Shown here: piece by piece, positions 1 to 10,681 of the stretch
Position numbering within the stretch: position 1 is the stretch's first letter
How the letters are laid out: every line of letters starts with the position of its first letter
Origin: a virus
IMG/VR virus record: IMGVR_UViG_3300027779_003464
Location: 54,608-118,607 of that record
Direction: 5' to 3' (one strand)
DNA length: 64,000 nt
Made by a program: the position numbers and the translations under genes
The notes under the pieces: model-generated
Told to the model about the DNA's origin: nothing
The model's input: the letters and a program-made list of their open reading frames with translations, nothing else
Databases searched by the model: none

Positions 1-2
1 GA

Positions 3-569
3 GCTGGCAAATCACATCTAGTAAATAATTTCTTCAAAGGAAATAATAATCAAAATATTTTATACTATAAGTTTGCTTTTTCTGATTATATCAAAAAATT
101 ACGAATAGAAGATCATGAATCTGGTCCAGGGGTACATTATTTTAGTATATCTAATATATTAACAATACTTGGAATATCATCAACTTTCTTTAAAGATAAA
201 TGTATAGTATTCGATAGATCAATATTCTCAGCTTACGTTTGGTCAATATATAGAAAAAGAATGGGAAAGGATAGGTTGATTAGTGAATTCGATAAAATAT
301 TAAAAGATATTGAGTATAATAATTGTAAACTGATATATTTAACTAGAGATAGCTCGATATCTAGCATATCTAGGACGAAAGAAGATGTATTTAGTGAATA
401 TGAAAACTATTCAGAAGAAAAGTTAATATTTGATATGGTACTATCTAAATTTAAGAATCACACATCGGATAAAAATAGAAATAATGAATTTTTTGAATTT
501 GTAAATAAATTTGATCAAGATAGTGAAGAAGAATTTAATCGTTTATTAAAAAATATCACAGATAAATAA
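3..569 (+). CDS. dNMP/thymidylate kinase-like protein (5' truncated by window edge)
   Basis: Frame is open from nt 3 and reads AGKSHLV (end of P-loop) ... IVFDRSIFS (TMP kinase DR motif), continuous with the listed 261..569 ORF. Confidence 0.65.
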   Translation, partial: AGKSHLVNNFFKGNNNQNILYYKFAFSDYIKKLRIEDHESGPGVHYFSISNILTILGISSTFFKDKCIVFDRSIFSAYVWSIYRKRMGKDRLISEFDKILKDIEYNNCKLIYLTRDSSISSISRTKEDVFSEYENYSEEKLIFDMVLSKFKNHTSDKNRNNEFFEFVNKFDQDSEEEFNRLLKNITDK

Positions 570-587
570 TAAAAAATCTTACGTATA

Positions 588-1121
588 GTGAAAAATCGTG
601 TAAATAAATTTAAAGATTATGAGCATCTTAATGAGGATGATGGTAAACAAACTCCTCTGCGAGGATATACCGCATCTGTTATGATATCAAGAATAGAGCA
701 ATTAATGGAAGTTATGCCAGACCGAATTAAGTTTGGAGTTCCGGCGGATATTAAAGGATATTCTACGTCATATAGAGATGCAAATGGTGCTATTCAAAAA
801 ATTATGGACATAAGCCATTACTATTCTGGAAAAGGAGAAGATGTTTCTTTCTACTGTTGGAATGTTAGCTACTCAGGAAGCTGGGATGCAACCAAAGGAC
901 TAAGAGCTAAAATTGATGAATTTGGCGGATTTGGTAGAGAACAAAATATGAATCTAAAAAAAGTAGTTGAATATTTTGGAGATAATACTGAGGATGCTGA
1001 TAACGTGAGAAGTCTATCAATATCTATAGATACTATGTCAATTAGAAAAGCAACAAATAAACAATCAGAAGCAGAAGAGACTCCACCATCTAGAGAACCT
1101 ATTGAAGATAGTGAAGTTTAA
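588..1121 (+). CDS. hypothetical, putative internal head protein
   Basis: 177 aa; N-term KFKDYEHLNE resembles the T4 capsid-targeting sequence; ATAAATAA upstream at 562. Confidence 0.55.
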   Translation: MKNRVNKFKDYEHLNEDDGKQTPLRGYTASVMISRIEQLMEVMPDRIKFGVPADIKGYSTSYRDANGAIQKIMDISHYYSGKGEDVSFYCWNVSYSGSWDATKGLRAKIDEFGGFGREQNMNLKKVVEYFGDNTEDADNVRSLSISIDTMSIRKATNKQSEAEETPPSREPIEDSEV

Positions 1122-1142
1122 TATTTAAATATTAACGCGAAC

Positions 1143-2942
1143 ATGGCTGGAATAAATCATTTAAAGCAAATAAAAGAAAGGAAAGGAGACGACTTTTTAA
1201 ATAGTCTACTTAATAATTATGTTATCATTAATAAGAAAACAGACGGCACTTTCTTTGGTATGAAGAAGGATAAAGATACTGATTCCTTTAAATACTATAA
1301 AAAAGCTGGAGAAATTACTTATGTCGATAGAATGTTAATGAAATATTATAATCCGGCAATATCACACTTTGAAAAGCTAGATAAAGATAAAAAACAAAGA
1401 ATCCCTTCTAATTTCTATTTTGGATTTGAATATATGACTAAAAAAGATTCTAATTCTAATAATAGAATAGTATTATCATATATTCATAGATTAGATGACG
1501 AAGGAAAACCTATTGAAACATTTCAAACTAAGCAAGACTTAGAAAAGTGGGCATATTATTTAGGGGTAGATAATCCTCCAATATTATTCGAAGGAATGCT
1601 AGATGATAGTCAAAAGACTAAAATACTAGAATTTGTATACTCGCCATATGAAGAATTAGTAGAAAAATTTAAAACTACGTCATTTAGTAAATATATTATT
1701 TCTATGTTATCGGAAGATCACGAAGATTCAAAGTCTGATACTGAAGATTTAGATATAAGTAGTATTATATTTAGATTTTATGATGAAAATGATGAAAACC
1801 CAAAGCAATCTGCCTTTTTAGCTAAAATAGTAGATCCCTTATTTCAAGAATCTAATAAGTCAAATAAGCAAGAAAATCCTAAAAAATCAAGTGACTATAT
1901 TTGGTTAATTGTAATTGATTTAATGAATCATATAGAGATGTTTAGTGAGGATGATCTAAAAAACATGTGCGGCGATACTGAGTCATATGACTCTAAGTAT
2001 ATCGGATTAATTAACGGCATATTTAAAGAATTTATATCGACTTATGAATATAAGTATGATGGATTGGTTCTAGATATTCCAGAATACCTAAAAAGAGAAG
2101 AATTTGATGTAGATTATAGCTTAATAAATGATGCGAAAGTAACAGATCTAATTAAAGAAAATTCTACGTATCGAGAAATATATCGTATTCTAATAAACTT
2201 CTTTAGAAAAGTAAGAAGGAAATCATCAGCTCCCTTTTTTAATGAAGAGCTAATAGCTCAATTAAACATACAAGTTGGTAAAATAAAAAGAATTGTAATG
2301 GGAGACGTGTTATATGAGGGACTATTTCCGTCATTTAACGAATATATTGGAGCAGATATCAATGACCATATATATGTTGGGGAGCATGAAAATTTTATAA
2401 AGACTAAAAATAAAAAAATAGAACCAATAAAGGTAAACTTATTAATTGGCAAATTTCAACCAATTAATAACGGACATATTAAAGCGGCAGAAAGCCTACT
2501 TAATAAAAATAACCATCCTTGTATATTTGTTTCTGTTATGAATACGCCGAACCCAATATTTAGTGAAAAATCAGTAAATATTATGCTTAAAAAGGTTCAA
2601 CAGGAATATTCTAACGTTATAAAAGACGTTAAAATAGTAAAAGATTCATCAATAAAGAATATATTGAAGTCAATTATGCCAGAATACGAGCCTATCTTAT
2701 GGGCATCGGGCTCATCTAAGATAAAGGACTATGCTTTACAATTAGAATATATTAAAAACAAAGATATCCCATTAAGGATATCCAATAGTTTAAGATTAAT
2801 TGAAATTCCATCCTATTATAAATCTAAGGATGTAATATCTGCAATTAATAGCTTAGATTTTAATAAATTCAAAGAAATGGTACCAAAAAGCATAGCTTCA
2901 GAGTTTTTTAACCTACAACGGGAAATGGAAAGCAATAGGTAA
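1143..2942 (+). CDS. RNA-ligase-like nucleotidyltransferase domain fused to C-terminal HxGH-type cytidylyltransferase-like domain
   Basis: N-term KKTDGT (KxDG motif I) and FGFEY; C-term LLIGKFQPINNGHIK (G.FxP.HxGH-like). Confidence 0.55.
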   Translation: MAGINHLKQIKERKGDDFLNSLLNNYVIINKKTDGTFFGMKKDKDTDSFKYYKKAGEITYVDRMLMKYYNPAISHFEKLDKDKKQRIPSNFYFGFEYMTKKDSNSNNRIVLSYIHRLDDEGKPIETFQTKQDLEKWAYYLGVDNPPILFEGMLDDSQKTKILEFVYSPYEELVEKFKTTSFSKYIISMLSEDHEDSKSDTEDLDISSIIFRFYDENDENPKQSAFLAKIVDPLFQESNKSNKQENPKKSSDYIWLIVIDLMNHIEMFSEDDLKNMCGDTESYDSKYIGLINGIFKEFISTYEYKYDGLVLDIPEYLKREEFDVDYSLINDAKVTDLIKENSTYREIYRILINFFRKVRRKSSAPFFNEELIAQLNIQVGKIKRIVMGDVLYEGLFPSFNEYIGADINDHIYVGEHENFIKTKNKKIEPIKVNLLIGKFQPINNGHIKAAESLLNKNNHPCIFVSVMNTPNPIFSEKSVNIMLKKVQQEYSNVIKDVKIVKDSSIKNILKSIMPEYEPILWASGSSKIKDYALQLEYIKNKDIPLRISNSLRLIEIPSYYKSKDVISAINSLDFNKFKEMVPKSIASEFFNLQREMESNR

Positions 2943-2948
2943 TAATTA

Positions 2949-2975
2949 AAACCTGGCGCTTCTTAATGATATAAT
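2949..2975 (+). promoter_or_regulatory. putative middle promoter AAAC(C)-N16-TATA(A) (one of about 8 sites)
   Basis: Same spacing at 2949, 16141, 19489, 30279, 36633, 46224 (+) and 62189-62214 (-); N17 at 13272. Confidence 0.6.
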
Positions 2976-2991
2976 ATAACAAAAATACTTT

Positions 2992-4662
2992 ATGAGATTT
3001 AAAGAATTAACACAAAAAGATAAGGACTTTTTCAAGCAAACATACCTTGATAAAACATATAAGTGGGATCAAAGAATAAGCATATTAATGGAATATGCTG
3101 GAGTATCTAGACGTACTATACAAAAATGGCTTTCTAAACTTGAGCTAACTTCGTACATAGAGGCAGAATCCCCGGAGCTTATTAAAGCAAAGGAAAAGAA
3201 ATTTGATAAAAAGAAGAAAAGATTTATTATATCTTGGGCACAGAATAATACTCCGATTCATGAAAAATTTCTAAATAACATTGAAGGGTACGCTGAGTAT
3301 ATAGATGCGAGTATACATATAATTGCAGGCAGATATAGAAATCCTACTTCGATATTCACTGATAGTAAAAAAGATATTTGGCACGATAGAGTAATACAAT
3401 ATTTAGATGCAGCGAGACATGATGTTCATGAGTATGTATCTATAATGTCAGATGTTAAAATTCAACCGACGGCAATTAATCCAATGACTGGTTTACAAGG
3501 AATGAGTGGAATAAATTCTTGTGTATTCGGTTCTCCTAAAACTCAATTTATAACTATTCCAGTATTGGAAGGATGTAAGCCAAAGGCAATGGTTACTACT
3601 GGCGCATGTACTGTTAAAAATTATACAGATTCTAAATCTGGTAAAAAAGGAGAATTTCACCATACTCTAGGATTTGTTGTTGTTGAAATAAAAGATAACG
3701 AAACGTTTTTTATTAGACAAGTCACAGCAATGGAAGATGGAAGTTTTACCGATCTATACTATGACATATCATTTAATGGATCAGAAGATCCTATTGAGTT
3801 CGACACTAAAACTGAAGAGATAAATTGGTCCACTTCTAATTTTGGAGCTGAGCCAATTAAATTAAATGGAGAATCTATAGTTTCTAAAATTAAAGAAATA
3901 GATGCATGTGTTCTTGGAGATATACATTATGGACATGAAGATGGCGAAGTAATGTCATCAACCTTTAAAATGCTAGATATTCTTAAACCAAGTCATGTAA
4001 TTTTACATGATGTATTTGACGGAAGCTCAATAAGCCACCATCAAATGAAAGATCCTTTTATTCAATATAGAAAGGAAAAGCATGGAACTAATAATTTGAA
4101 AAAGGAAGTAGATTACATGATAGATGAACTTTCTAAATTTAAAAAGTTTAAAAATGTAATAATTGTTAGAAGTAATCACGATGATTTTGTAGATAGGTGG
4201 TTAAAAAATACAGATTGGAAAAAACAACCAAGCTATATTAATTCTCCAGAATATATGAGATATAGCCAAATATTATTAACTCAATATGCAGGAGAAGGAG
4301 AAGTAAAAGGAGTTATCCCCGCTCTTATAAATGAAGAATATCCAGAATACATTACATTAGGAAGATCTGAAAGCTATAAAGTCAATGGTTGGGAAGTAGG
4401 TCAACATGGAGACGTAGGATCAGGCGGAAGTAGAGGATCTTTACAGCAATTTAGAAAACTAAATACTAAAATTATAGTTGGACACTATCATTCTCCTGGT
4501 AGATTTGATGGAGCTCTTGCTGTTGGGACGTCATCTAATTTAAGGGTTGGATATAATCTTGGACCGAGTGGATGGTTGCAATCCCATGTTATTATACATA
4601 AAAATGGAAAGGCTCAGCATATTAATTTTATAGACGGAGAATATACTACGTTAAAATATTAA
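2992..4662 (+). CDS. HTH plus calcineurin-like metallophosphoesterase (T5 A1-like)
   Basis: GVSRRTIQKW HTH; DIHYG, HDVFDG, SNHD, HGD and GHYH metal motifs; 556 aa. Confidence 0.7.
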   Translation: MRFKELTQKDKDFFKQTYLDKTYKWDQRISILMEYAGVSRRTIQKWLSKLELTSYIEAESPELIKAKEKKFDKKKKRFIISWAQNNTPIHEKFLNNIEGYAEYIDASIHIIAGRYRNPTSIFTDSKKDIWHDRVIQYLDAARHDVHEYVSIMSDVKIQPTAINPMTGLQGMSGINSCVFGSPKTQFITIPVLEGCKPKAMVTTGACTVKNYTDSKSGKKGEFHHTLGFVVVEIKDNETFFIRQVTAMEDGSFTDLYYDISFNGSEDPIEFDTKTEEINWSTSNFGAEPIKLNGESIVSKIKEIDACVLGDIHYGHEDGEVMSSTFKMLDILKPSHVILHDVFDGSSISHHQMKDPFIQYRKEKHGTNNLKKEVDYMIDELSKFKKFKNVIIVRSNHDDFVDRWLKNTDWKKQPSYINSPEYMRYSQILLTQYAGEGEVKGVIPALINEEYPEYITLGRSESYKVNGWEVGQHGDVGSGGSRGSLQQFRKLNTKIIVGHYHSPGRFDGALAVGTSSNLRVGYNLGPSGWLQSHVIIHKNGKAQHINFIDGEYTTLKY

Positions 4663-5651
4663 GAATAGTTATATTCTATTATCTTAGAATCCCTAGCTGC
4701 TTTTGCCCACATATGATTTTTCCAAGCGTGAAAATACTTATCTGGTTTATTATATTTACCCATCGAATATACGATATACTTATATAAAATATCAGCAGCA
4801 TCCTTAGTATTCTTTGCATTCTTGAAACTATTGAACTTAGATACTCCCATTTCTGACTTGATAAACTTAATCATTTCTAATATAGTATCGTATGTACTTC
4901 CTATAATCTTATTATCTTTATATACTCCAGATTCAGCTAGTTTAACTAAAAGAGATTTTCTACGAGATCCCTGCCAACTTATTATTCCAAAATTAGTAGC
5001 ATGATTTTTTGGATCAGAATGGCTAGATGTTATTTTAGACCATCTTAAATTATTTTCTCTTCCTACGTTTCCTATTAAAGCTGCTATTGAATTAGTGTTC
5101 ATTCCTAAACTTTTACCTCCTTTTCTAATAGATTCAGCTACCTCCTTTTGTTTATCTGAATTTCTAGAAATATATAATTTTGCCATTTCGAAATTACTCT
5201 GTTCTTTTTTGCTAGAAAAAACTAACTTATTTGAATCAGAGTCATATACCTTTAAGCTTTTAGAGTATTTCTCATTTAATTCCTTTACACTTTTTTTGTT
5301 TTCAACAAGAGTCCACGACGTAGATCCCATTTTTTGATATTCCCAATATTTCTTAGACGAATCTATCTTATAATAAAAATTAGCCCTGCTTGATATTTTG
5401 TGCTTATCATATCCAGGTTTAGCATATACTCCTAATTTCTTATTATATTTTGAATTTAATGCAGATACACTTTGCTCATTCTGAACAAAGAACCAACTAT
5501 CAGCATCCTTTTTCTTATACGCCCAATATTTTTTACTACTAGATACTTTGTATACATGGCTTGGACGCGAAGGTATAGTATACTTCTCTTCATTATCTTT
5601 AGATACTTCTTTTTGTTCAAATATTTTAGTAAACGATATTATTCTTTTCAT
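4659..5651 (-). CDS. phage tail lysozyme (Phage_lysozyme2-like) with two N-terminal internal repeats
   Basis: SIAALIGNVGRE ... FGIISWQGSRR; duplicated YKxxSSKKYWxYxK...LNxKYxKxLxVY unit. Confidence 0.7.
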   Translation of the reverse strand: MKRIISFTKIFEQKEVSKDNEEKYTIPSRPSHVYKVSSSKKYWAYKKKDADSWFFVQNEQSVSALNSKYNKKLGVYAKPGYDKHKISSRANFYYKIDSSKKYWEYQKMGSTSWTLVENKKSVKELNEKYSKSLKVYDSDSNKLVFSSKKEQSNFEMAKLYISRNSDKQKEVAESIRKGGKSLGMNTNSIAALIGNVGRENNLRWSKITSSHSDPKNHATNFGIISWQGSRRKSLLVKLAESGVYKDNKIIGSTYDTILEMIKFIKSEMGVSKFNSFKNAKNTKDAADILYKYIVYSMGKYNKPDKYFHAWKNHMWAKAARDSKIIEYNYS

Positions 5652-5666
5652 ATCTTAATTAAGAAT

Positions 5667-5750
5667 TTAATTTAATAGATCCTCCTGCTTTTTTAACCAC
5701 TCTTCGGACACTGCTTCATTTAAACTATCGAAGGTTATTACTCTTTTCAT
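5667..5750 (-). CDS. 27-aa peptide with capsid-targeting-like N-terminus
   Basis: Read directly from the sequence: MKRVITFDSLNEAVSEEWLKKQEDLLN*; below the ORF-track size cut-off. Confidence 0.4.
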   Translation of the reverse strand: MKRVITFDSLNEAVSEEWLKKQEDLLN

Positions 5751-5818
5751 ATATCAAAGTTAGCTTTTATTATATAAATATTTATTAGAATTATGATAAA
5801 TAAAATAAAAGATTGCAA

Positions 5819-6025
5819 ATGGCTAAAAAGAAAAATTCGTCATACAATAATTATCTAAAATATTTAAATGGAACTGAGAAATTATCTAATGCTGTATTGC
5901 AGCATCCTGATGAGGCCGATGATAATAGTTCAATGTATTCATATATGAAGGGAGAAGTTAAAAGAAACATATGGATAATGCCGTGGAAGAAATTTAGAAA
6001 TATAGGTCTACCTAAAAAGAAATAA
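5819..6025 (+). CDS. hypothetical protein
   Basis: ORF after an ATAAATAA late-type promoter, tightly packed with the next gene. Confidence 0.5.
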   Translation: MAKKKNSSYNNYLKYLNGTEKLSNAVLQHPDEADDNSSMYSYMKGEVKRNIWIMPWKKFRNIGLPKKK

Positions 6026-6034
6026 ACTTATTAC

Positions 6035-7990
6035 ATGAATGTTAAAGATGCTATAAAATTAATGTCCAATAAAGTAGGAGGTAAGTCGAGTAATCAGGTG
6101 AGCCGACAGGCATCACTAGATGCTGTCAAAAAGACATTTGATGTACTACCTAATAATCTATTAGAAGTTGAACCGAATGACCCGAATATACAAAGGTTAT
6201 TTTTCTATTTAACTGATCCTAAAAAATTAGAATATATTGAGGAATTTACTAAAAGCGAAGCATATGCTTTAGAACAAATAATAAAAAAAGAAGATCCTTC
6301 TGGTGGTTCTAAAAAAATAGAAAATAATGATAAAGAGTATGCTAATTCATTTAGTGCCGCAGCTGTTCTGCTTGCTAGATTAGAAAAACTATATAAAATA
6401 TATTCTAAAGGAATAGAGCAGATAGAAATAGACAGGGATAAGCACCTAATTTCCTCTCTTAGAAACATGGGAATAGTATTAAATTTAGAGCCAATTTTAG
6501 GTAAAGGCAATGTTGGTACCATCGGTAAAATTGGAGGTATTGATAGTGATATAGATAAAGACTCATTTGAGCTAATTGTAAAGAGAGAATCTCACATCAC
6601 ATCTAAAAAAGATATACATAAAATTCTTAAAAAGCTTCCGGCAAGCAGTAATCTAAATAGTAGATCTAGGGGTAACCACCTAAAGACAATGAGCGATATT
6701 AAGAAAACTAGCTCTGACTCTATAAAGAGTTGGTATGAATGGGCATCAAAGACATTTGAAAAAACAATAGATACAATAGAAGCAGATGTAGAAGAAGATG
6801 CAGTAATAAAAATAGAAAACATAAAAGATTTTTCAGAAAGAGTTGGAGGAGATATTATATTAAATTTAGTAGTCAACCATAAAGGAAAAGAAACTAGTTT
6901 TGGATCCAAAATTAAAGAAAAGGAATTATCTTTACCTAGCTCTAAAAATTTAAAGGAAAAAAGGCAATTATTAACTAGAATTAGACGAGTTCTTGGCGTA
7001 GCAGAGCTTCCTGCATTTGACGATAATCAAATACAAAGACAGGGAGATTACTTTAGATTGTTTAATACGTTAAGAAATGAGAATATTGGATGGATGGATA
7101 CAATACTATTAACTGATATATTTAAAGGAGAAACTAATAAGTTTAATGGGTTTAAACAATACATTGAAAACGAAAGTGCTGAAGAGGCCGAGCAACTTAA
7201 TTACTTAACAGCATCTGAGCTTTGGATACTTAAATTTATTGAAAGCGACTATCTCGGGGATTTTAGTCCAAGGGAAATAAAGCAACATACTGCTACAATT
7301 CAATCCATGACTCTTGATAAATCTAAAGATATTAAAAACTCATATCTTTCAAAAGGATTTAATCTAGGTAACTTTAACTCTGTTCAAATTAACCCAGAAA
7401 TAAGTTTACCTTTATATAAAAAAGTTAAACTAGCAGTAAACGAAGCCGATAGAAAAAAAGAAAATCCCTTTAGAAATATAATGTCTGGGATTGGATCAGT
7501 AATAATGGGAATTATGCCAACTAAACTAGATAATTTTGATGCGGGCAGAGCAAAACAAAATAATGACCAAAATAAAGCAGTATTTAAAGGAATAAGTAAT
7601 GTAGTTAAAGGACTTGTTGGAATTACCGGAGGAAAAGATGCTGCTAGAAAATATGAAAAAGGTATGAAAAAAGTAACTAATAATATGGTATCAAAATCTA
7701 TAGGTGCAACCACGTTTGATCAAAACGATAATTCTATAAAAGAGGATATGGTAGCTCCACTTGACAGCGGACCTGGGGCGTTTCACCAAACTGGTCCAAG
7801 TATGGGAGGGGGATTTTCCCATCCTGATGGAACACCGGATCCATTTGCACTGATTGGTCCAGCTAGAAACACCACAACAAATAAGAAGAAAAAGAAGAAG
7901 AAGACTAAACCGGTTGACTGGAGAAAGTCTAGTTCTTTTGCAAGTAGCAAAGTACTTTCTTTTTCAGATTTTATAAACAGAGACAGCTAA
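6035..7990 (+). CDS. hypothetical, putative virion protein
   Basis: 651 aa ORF; C-term KVLSFSDFIN motif. Confidence 0.7.
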   Translation: MNVKDAIKLMSNKVGGKSSNQVSRQASLDAVKKTFDVLPNNLLEVEPNDPNIQRLFFYLTDPKKLEYIEEFTKSEAYALEQIIKKEDPSGGSKKIENNDKEYANSFSAAAVLLARLEKLYKIYSKGIEQIEIDRDKHLISSLRNMGIVLNLEPILGKGNVGTIGKIGGIDSDIDKDSFELIVKRESHITSKKDIHKILKKLPASSNLNSRSRGNHLKTMSDIKKTSSDSIKSWYEWASKTFEKTIDTIEADVEEDAVIKIENIKDFSERVGGDIILNLVVNHKGKETSFGSKIKEKELSLPSSKNLKEKRQLLTRIRRVLGVAELPAFDDNQIQRQGDYFRLFNTLRNENIGWMDTILLTDIFKGETNKFNGFKQYIENESAEEAEQLNYLTASELWILKFIESDYLGDFSPREIKQHTATIQSMTLDKSKDIKNSYLSKGFNLGNFNSVQINPEISLPLYKKVKLAVNEADRKKENPFRNIMSGIGSVIMGIMPTKLDNFDAGRAKQNNDQNKAVFKGISNVVKGLVGITGGKDAARKYEKGMKKVTNNMVSKSIGATTFDQNDNSIKEDMVAPLDSGPGAFHQTGPSMGGGFSHPDGTPDPFALIGPARNTTTNKKKKKKKTKPVDWRKSSSFASSKVLSFSDFINRDS

Positions 7991-8047
7991 CTAATTTGTA
8001 ATATCCTATTCTGTATTTTTTAATAAATAATAAAAAGAATCTATAAT

Positions 8048-10096
8048 ATGGGCAATATGCCAACTTTACCATTAGTACCCATGATTAATGACTTGGCTAG
8101 CGGTGTATCCTTATCGCTTGGTGACGAAGCCGGCGATCAATTTCATCTTCTGCAAGAAGCATATAGAGAGAAAGGTGATGCAATCGTTGATAAACATGAA
8201 CCTGTTCCAGGATCTCAGTCTCTATTTAATCCATTTAAAATATTTAAATATAGTAAATTTGGATTAAGTGATTATAATTTAGATTTACATTTTGATACTC
8301 CAAATAGTTCAATGAACCAAAATGATAGAGCAGCAATGTCTGGTTTATCAAACGGGGATTCATATTCTGCTCCTGGTGAAGGAGGAGGAACTGTAACTTC
8401 TGGCGGATATGGAGAAATGGCAGCAAATTTCCAACCGTTTTCTGATACTAGACGGTGGATGGAAAATCCAACAGCTACAAATATTATACAATGGAGTAAT
8501 CTTCAAACTCAAGCGGATAACACTGCAATTAGCCCTACACCATATGCTACTACTGATTTCCTATGGTGTAAGCATTATGGTAAAGTTCCAAATAATAGAA
8601 TGCTAACTCTTAGGAGATATGCTCTTCCAGTTGAAGATAACTTACAGATTAGACCGGATAAAGGTCCATTAGTTCCGACTGCCCAAGCAGTAAGCTGGTA
8701 TGGAACTGATCTTGGAAATCCGCTTAATAGTATCTTAGGATTAAGTTGGGGAATGAATTGGACTGAAGATAAATCTAAAGTTCAAGATATAACAGGTAAT
8801 GAAATATCAGTAGAAGATATTGCGGCTGCTGCTGGCGTAGATGACCCAAAAGTCATAAATATCCTTAAAACTCAAGTTTTTTCTGGGAGTGGAGGAAAAG
8901 TAGACATACTTAAACTCGCAGGATACGATACAGAAATTCAAAAGTATATTAGAGAAGCATATTCTAACGATGGTCCATATTGGAATAGAGTACTTGGTCC
9001 GGTCAACGTAATTGATAGTACTAAAAGAAGAGATAGAGGATTCACAAAGCAAAAGGGAATAACTATGAAATTTCATTATTCTCTTAGATCATATGCTGGA
9101 ATTAATCCTAAAATTGCATTCTTAGATTTATATTCTAATTTCTTGAGCTTGACTATGAATACTGCGCCGTTCTGGGGAGGAGGAGCTAGGTATTTCCAAA
9201 AAACTGGAGTAACTCTTCCAGGTTTTGGTATAGAAAATAAAATGTTAGATGGCGATGTAATTGGAGCAATATCCTTAGGATCTAAGCAAATACAACAAGC
9301 TGCACAACAAAATATTGAGCAATTAGTTGCTTTTGCTCAATCAATTAATGCAGGTAATTATAAAGGATCAAATTCAGATAAGGCAATTGAAGAAAGAAGA
9401 AAGGAATTAGATCAGGGCTTTTTAGATAACGTTCCAGAAGGAGAAACGGATCCAATATCTAAGCTTCTTGCTCCTAGGGTAGGTGAACTTCTTAGAAAGC
9501 CTCTTATATATCGAGCAATATTAGACGGTAGAGCAGTTGGAGAATGGCACCTAACTGTAGGTAATCCTATGAATCCAATGGCGGTAATTGGAAATCTATG
9601 TTTAACTACGGCATCTGTTGAGTTTGGGGAAGTGCTAGGAATAGATGATTTTCCAACAGAAGTAACATTTACAGTTAATCTAGATCATGGTAGACCGAGA
9701 GCAAAACAAGACTTAGAATCAATATTTAACTTAGGTAATGGGGCATTAGGATATTCTCAATTACCTCCACCTCCGTCGGCATCAAATAGCTATGGCGATA
9801 ATAATACACAGAAAATGAATTCGGCCTATGGAGGTAGGGTAGATGCAAGCACGAATCCTGATCAAATTGGAAACAAAGTCACTGAATCAGTTGACGATGC
9901 TGGAATGGGATATGAGGGAGTAACTAATACAAACTTAAACAGTAACGTATCTGATTCAGAAAATGCTGTAAATTCAGAACAGTTAGACGCCCTAGTGAAG
10001 CATTATGGAAAAAGAGTTACTGCAATGTATGGGGAAGGATTTGGAAATAGTCCAATACTTAAAGATTATTTCACAGAATTAAAAACTAAAGATTAA
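8048..10096 (+). CDS. putative baseplate/tail structural protein
   Basis: 682 aa; first gene of the baseplate cluster; C-term GEWHLTVGNP...DDFPTEVTFTVNL beta-rich tube-like segment. Confidence 0.5.
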   Translation: MGNMPTLPLVPMINDLASGVSLSLGDEAGDQFHLLQEAYREKGDAIVDKHEPVPGSQSLFNPFKIFKYSKFGLSDYNLDLHFDTPNSSMNQNDRAAMSGLSNGDSYSAPGEGGGTVTSGGYGEMAANFQPFSDTRRWMENPTATNIIQWSNLQTQADNTAISPTPYATTDFLWCKHYGKVPNNRMLTLRRYALPVEDNLQIRPDKGPLVPTAQAVSWYGTDLGNPLNSILGLSWGMNWTEDKSKVQDITGNEISVEDIAAAAGVDDPKVINILKTQVFSGSGGKVDILKLAGYDTEIQKYIREAYSNDGPYWNRVLGPVNVIDSTKRRDRGFTKQKGITMKFHYSLRSYAGINPKIAFLDLYSNFLSLTMNTAPFWGGGARYFQKTGVTLPGFGIENKMLDGDVIGAISLGSKQIQQAAQQNIEQLVAFAQSINAGNYKGSNSDKAIEERRKELDQGFLDNVPEGETDPISKLLAPRVGELLRKPLIYRAILDGRAVGEWHLTVGNPMNPMAVIGNLCLTTASVEFGEVLGIDDFPTEVTFTVNLDHGRPRAKQDLESIFNLGNGALGYSQLPPPPSASNSYGDNNTQKMNSAYGGRVDASTNPDQIGNKVTESVDDAGMGYEGVTNTNLNSNVSDSENAVNSEQLDALVKHYGKRVTAMYGEGFGNSPILKDYFTELKTKD

Positions 10097-10098
10097 TT

Positions 10099-10680
10099 AT
10101 GTTACTTAGCGATATTTTAAATAGTAAGAAAACAATATATAACAATGGATTTAGATCCACTGATATAGTTAGTGGAACTTTTAGATATCCTACTAATTCT
10201 AAATCAAATTTAGTATTGGTTGGATTCGACGAAAATATGAGACCTGATCTTGTTGTTAATAGAATATACGGTAATCAGATGATGTGGGATATTCTTTTAA
10301 AGTTTAATGGAATATCTAATCCATTCTCAATAGAACAAGGAGATTTATTATATGCTATGCCATTTGGTGATGGAGCGGGAGCTATTAAAAAACCACTCAA
10401 TATAATAAGTAGAGATAAAGGAAAAAGTGAACTTCCAGTAAGTCCTCTTTTAGATCCTAAGACAAAGAAAGATAAAGATAGATTAAAAAATCTTCAAAAT
10501 AAGATTGGAGAAGTAGTTCCGCCTAATGTAAATAGAGCAGGAGATAAAAACGTTAAGATAAAAAATGGAAAGGTAATATTTGGCGAAGATGTAACTACCA
10601 TCAAAAAAGATAATTGTCCAGTTCCTATATCTAGAAATAGATTACAAGCTGCCCTATTAAAAGATAAAATATTTATTTAG
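10099..10680 (+). CDS. baseplate wedge protein, gp53/LysM-like
   Basis: RPDLVVNRIYG...WDILLKFNGISNPFSI..GD.L LysM-like signature. Confidence 0.75.
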   Translation: MLLSDILNSKKTIYNNGFRSTDIVSGTFRYPTNSKSNLVLVGFDENMRPDLVVNRIYGNQMMWDILLKFNGISNPFSIEQGDLLYAMPFGDGAGAIKKPLNIISRDKGKSELPVSPLLDPKTKKDKDRLKNLQNKIGEVVPPNVNRAGDKNVKIKNGKVIFGEDVTTIKKDNCPVPISRNRLQAALLKDKIFI

Positions 10681-10681
10681 T

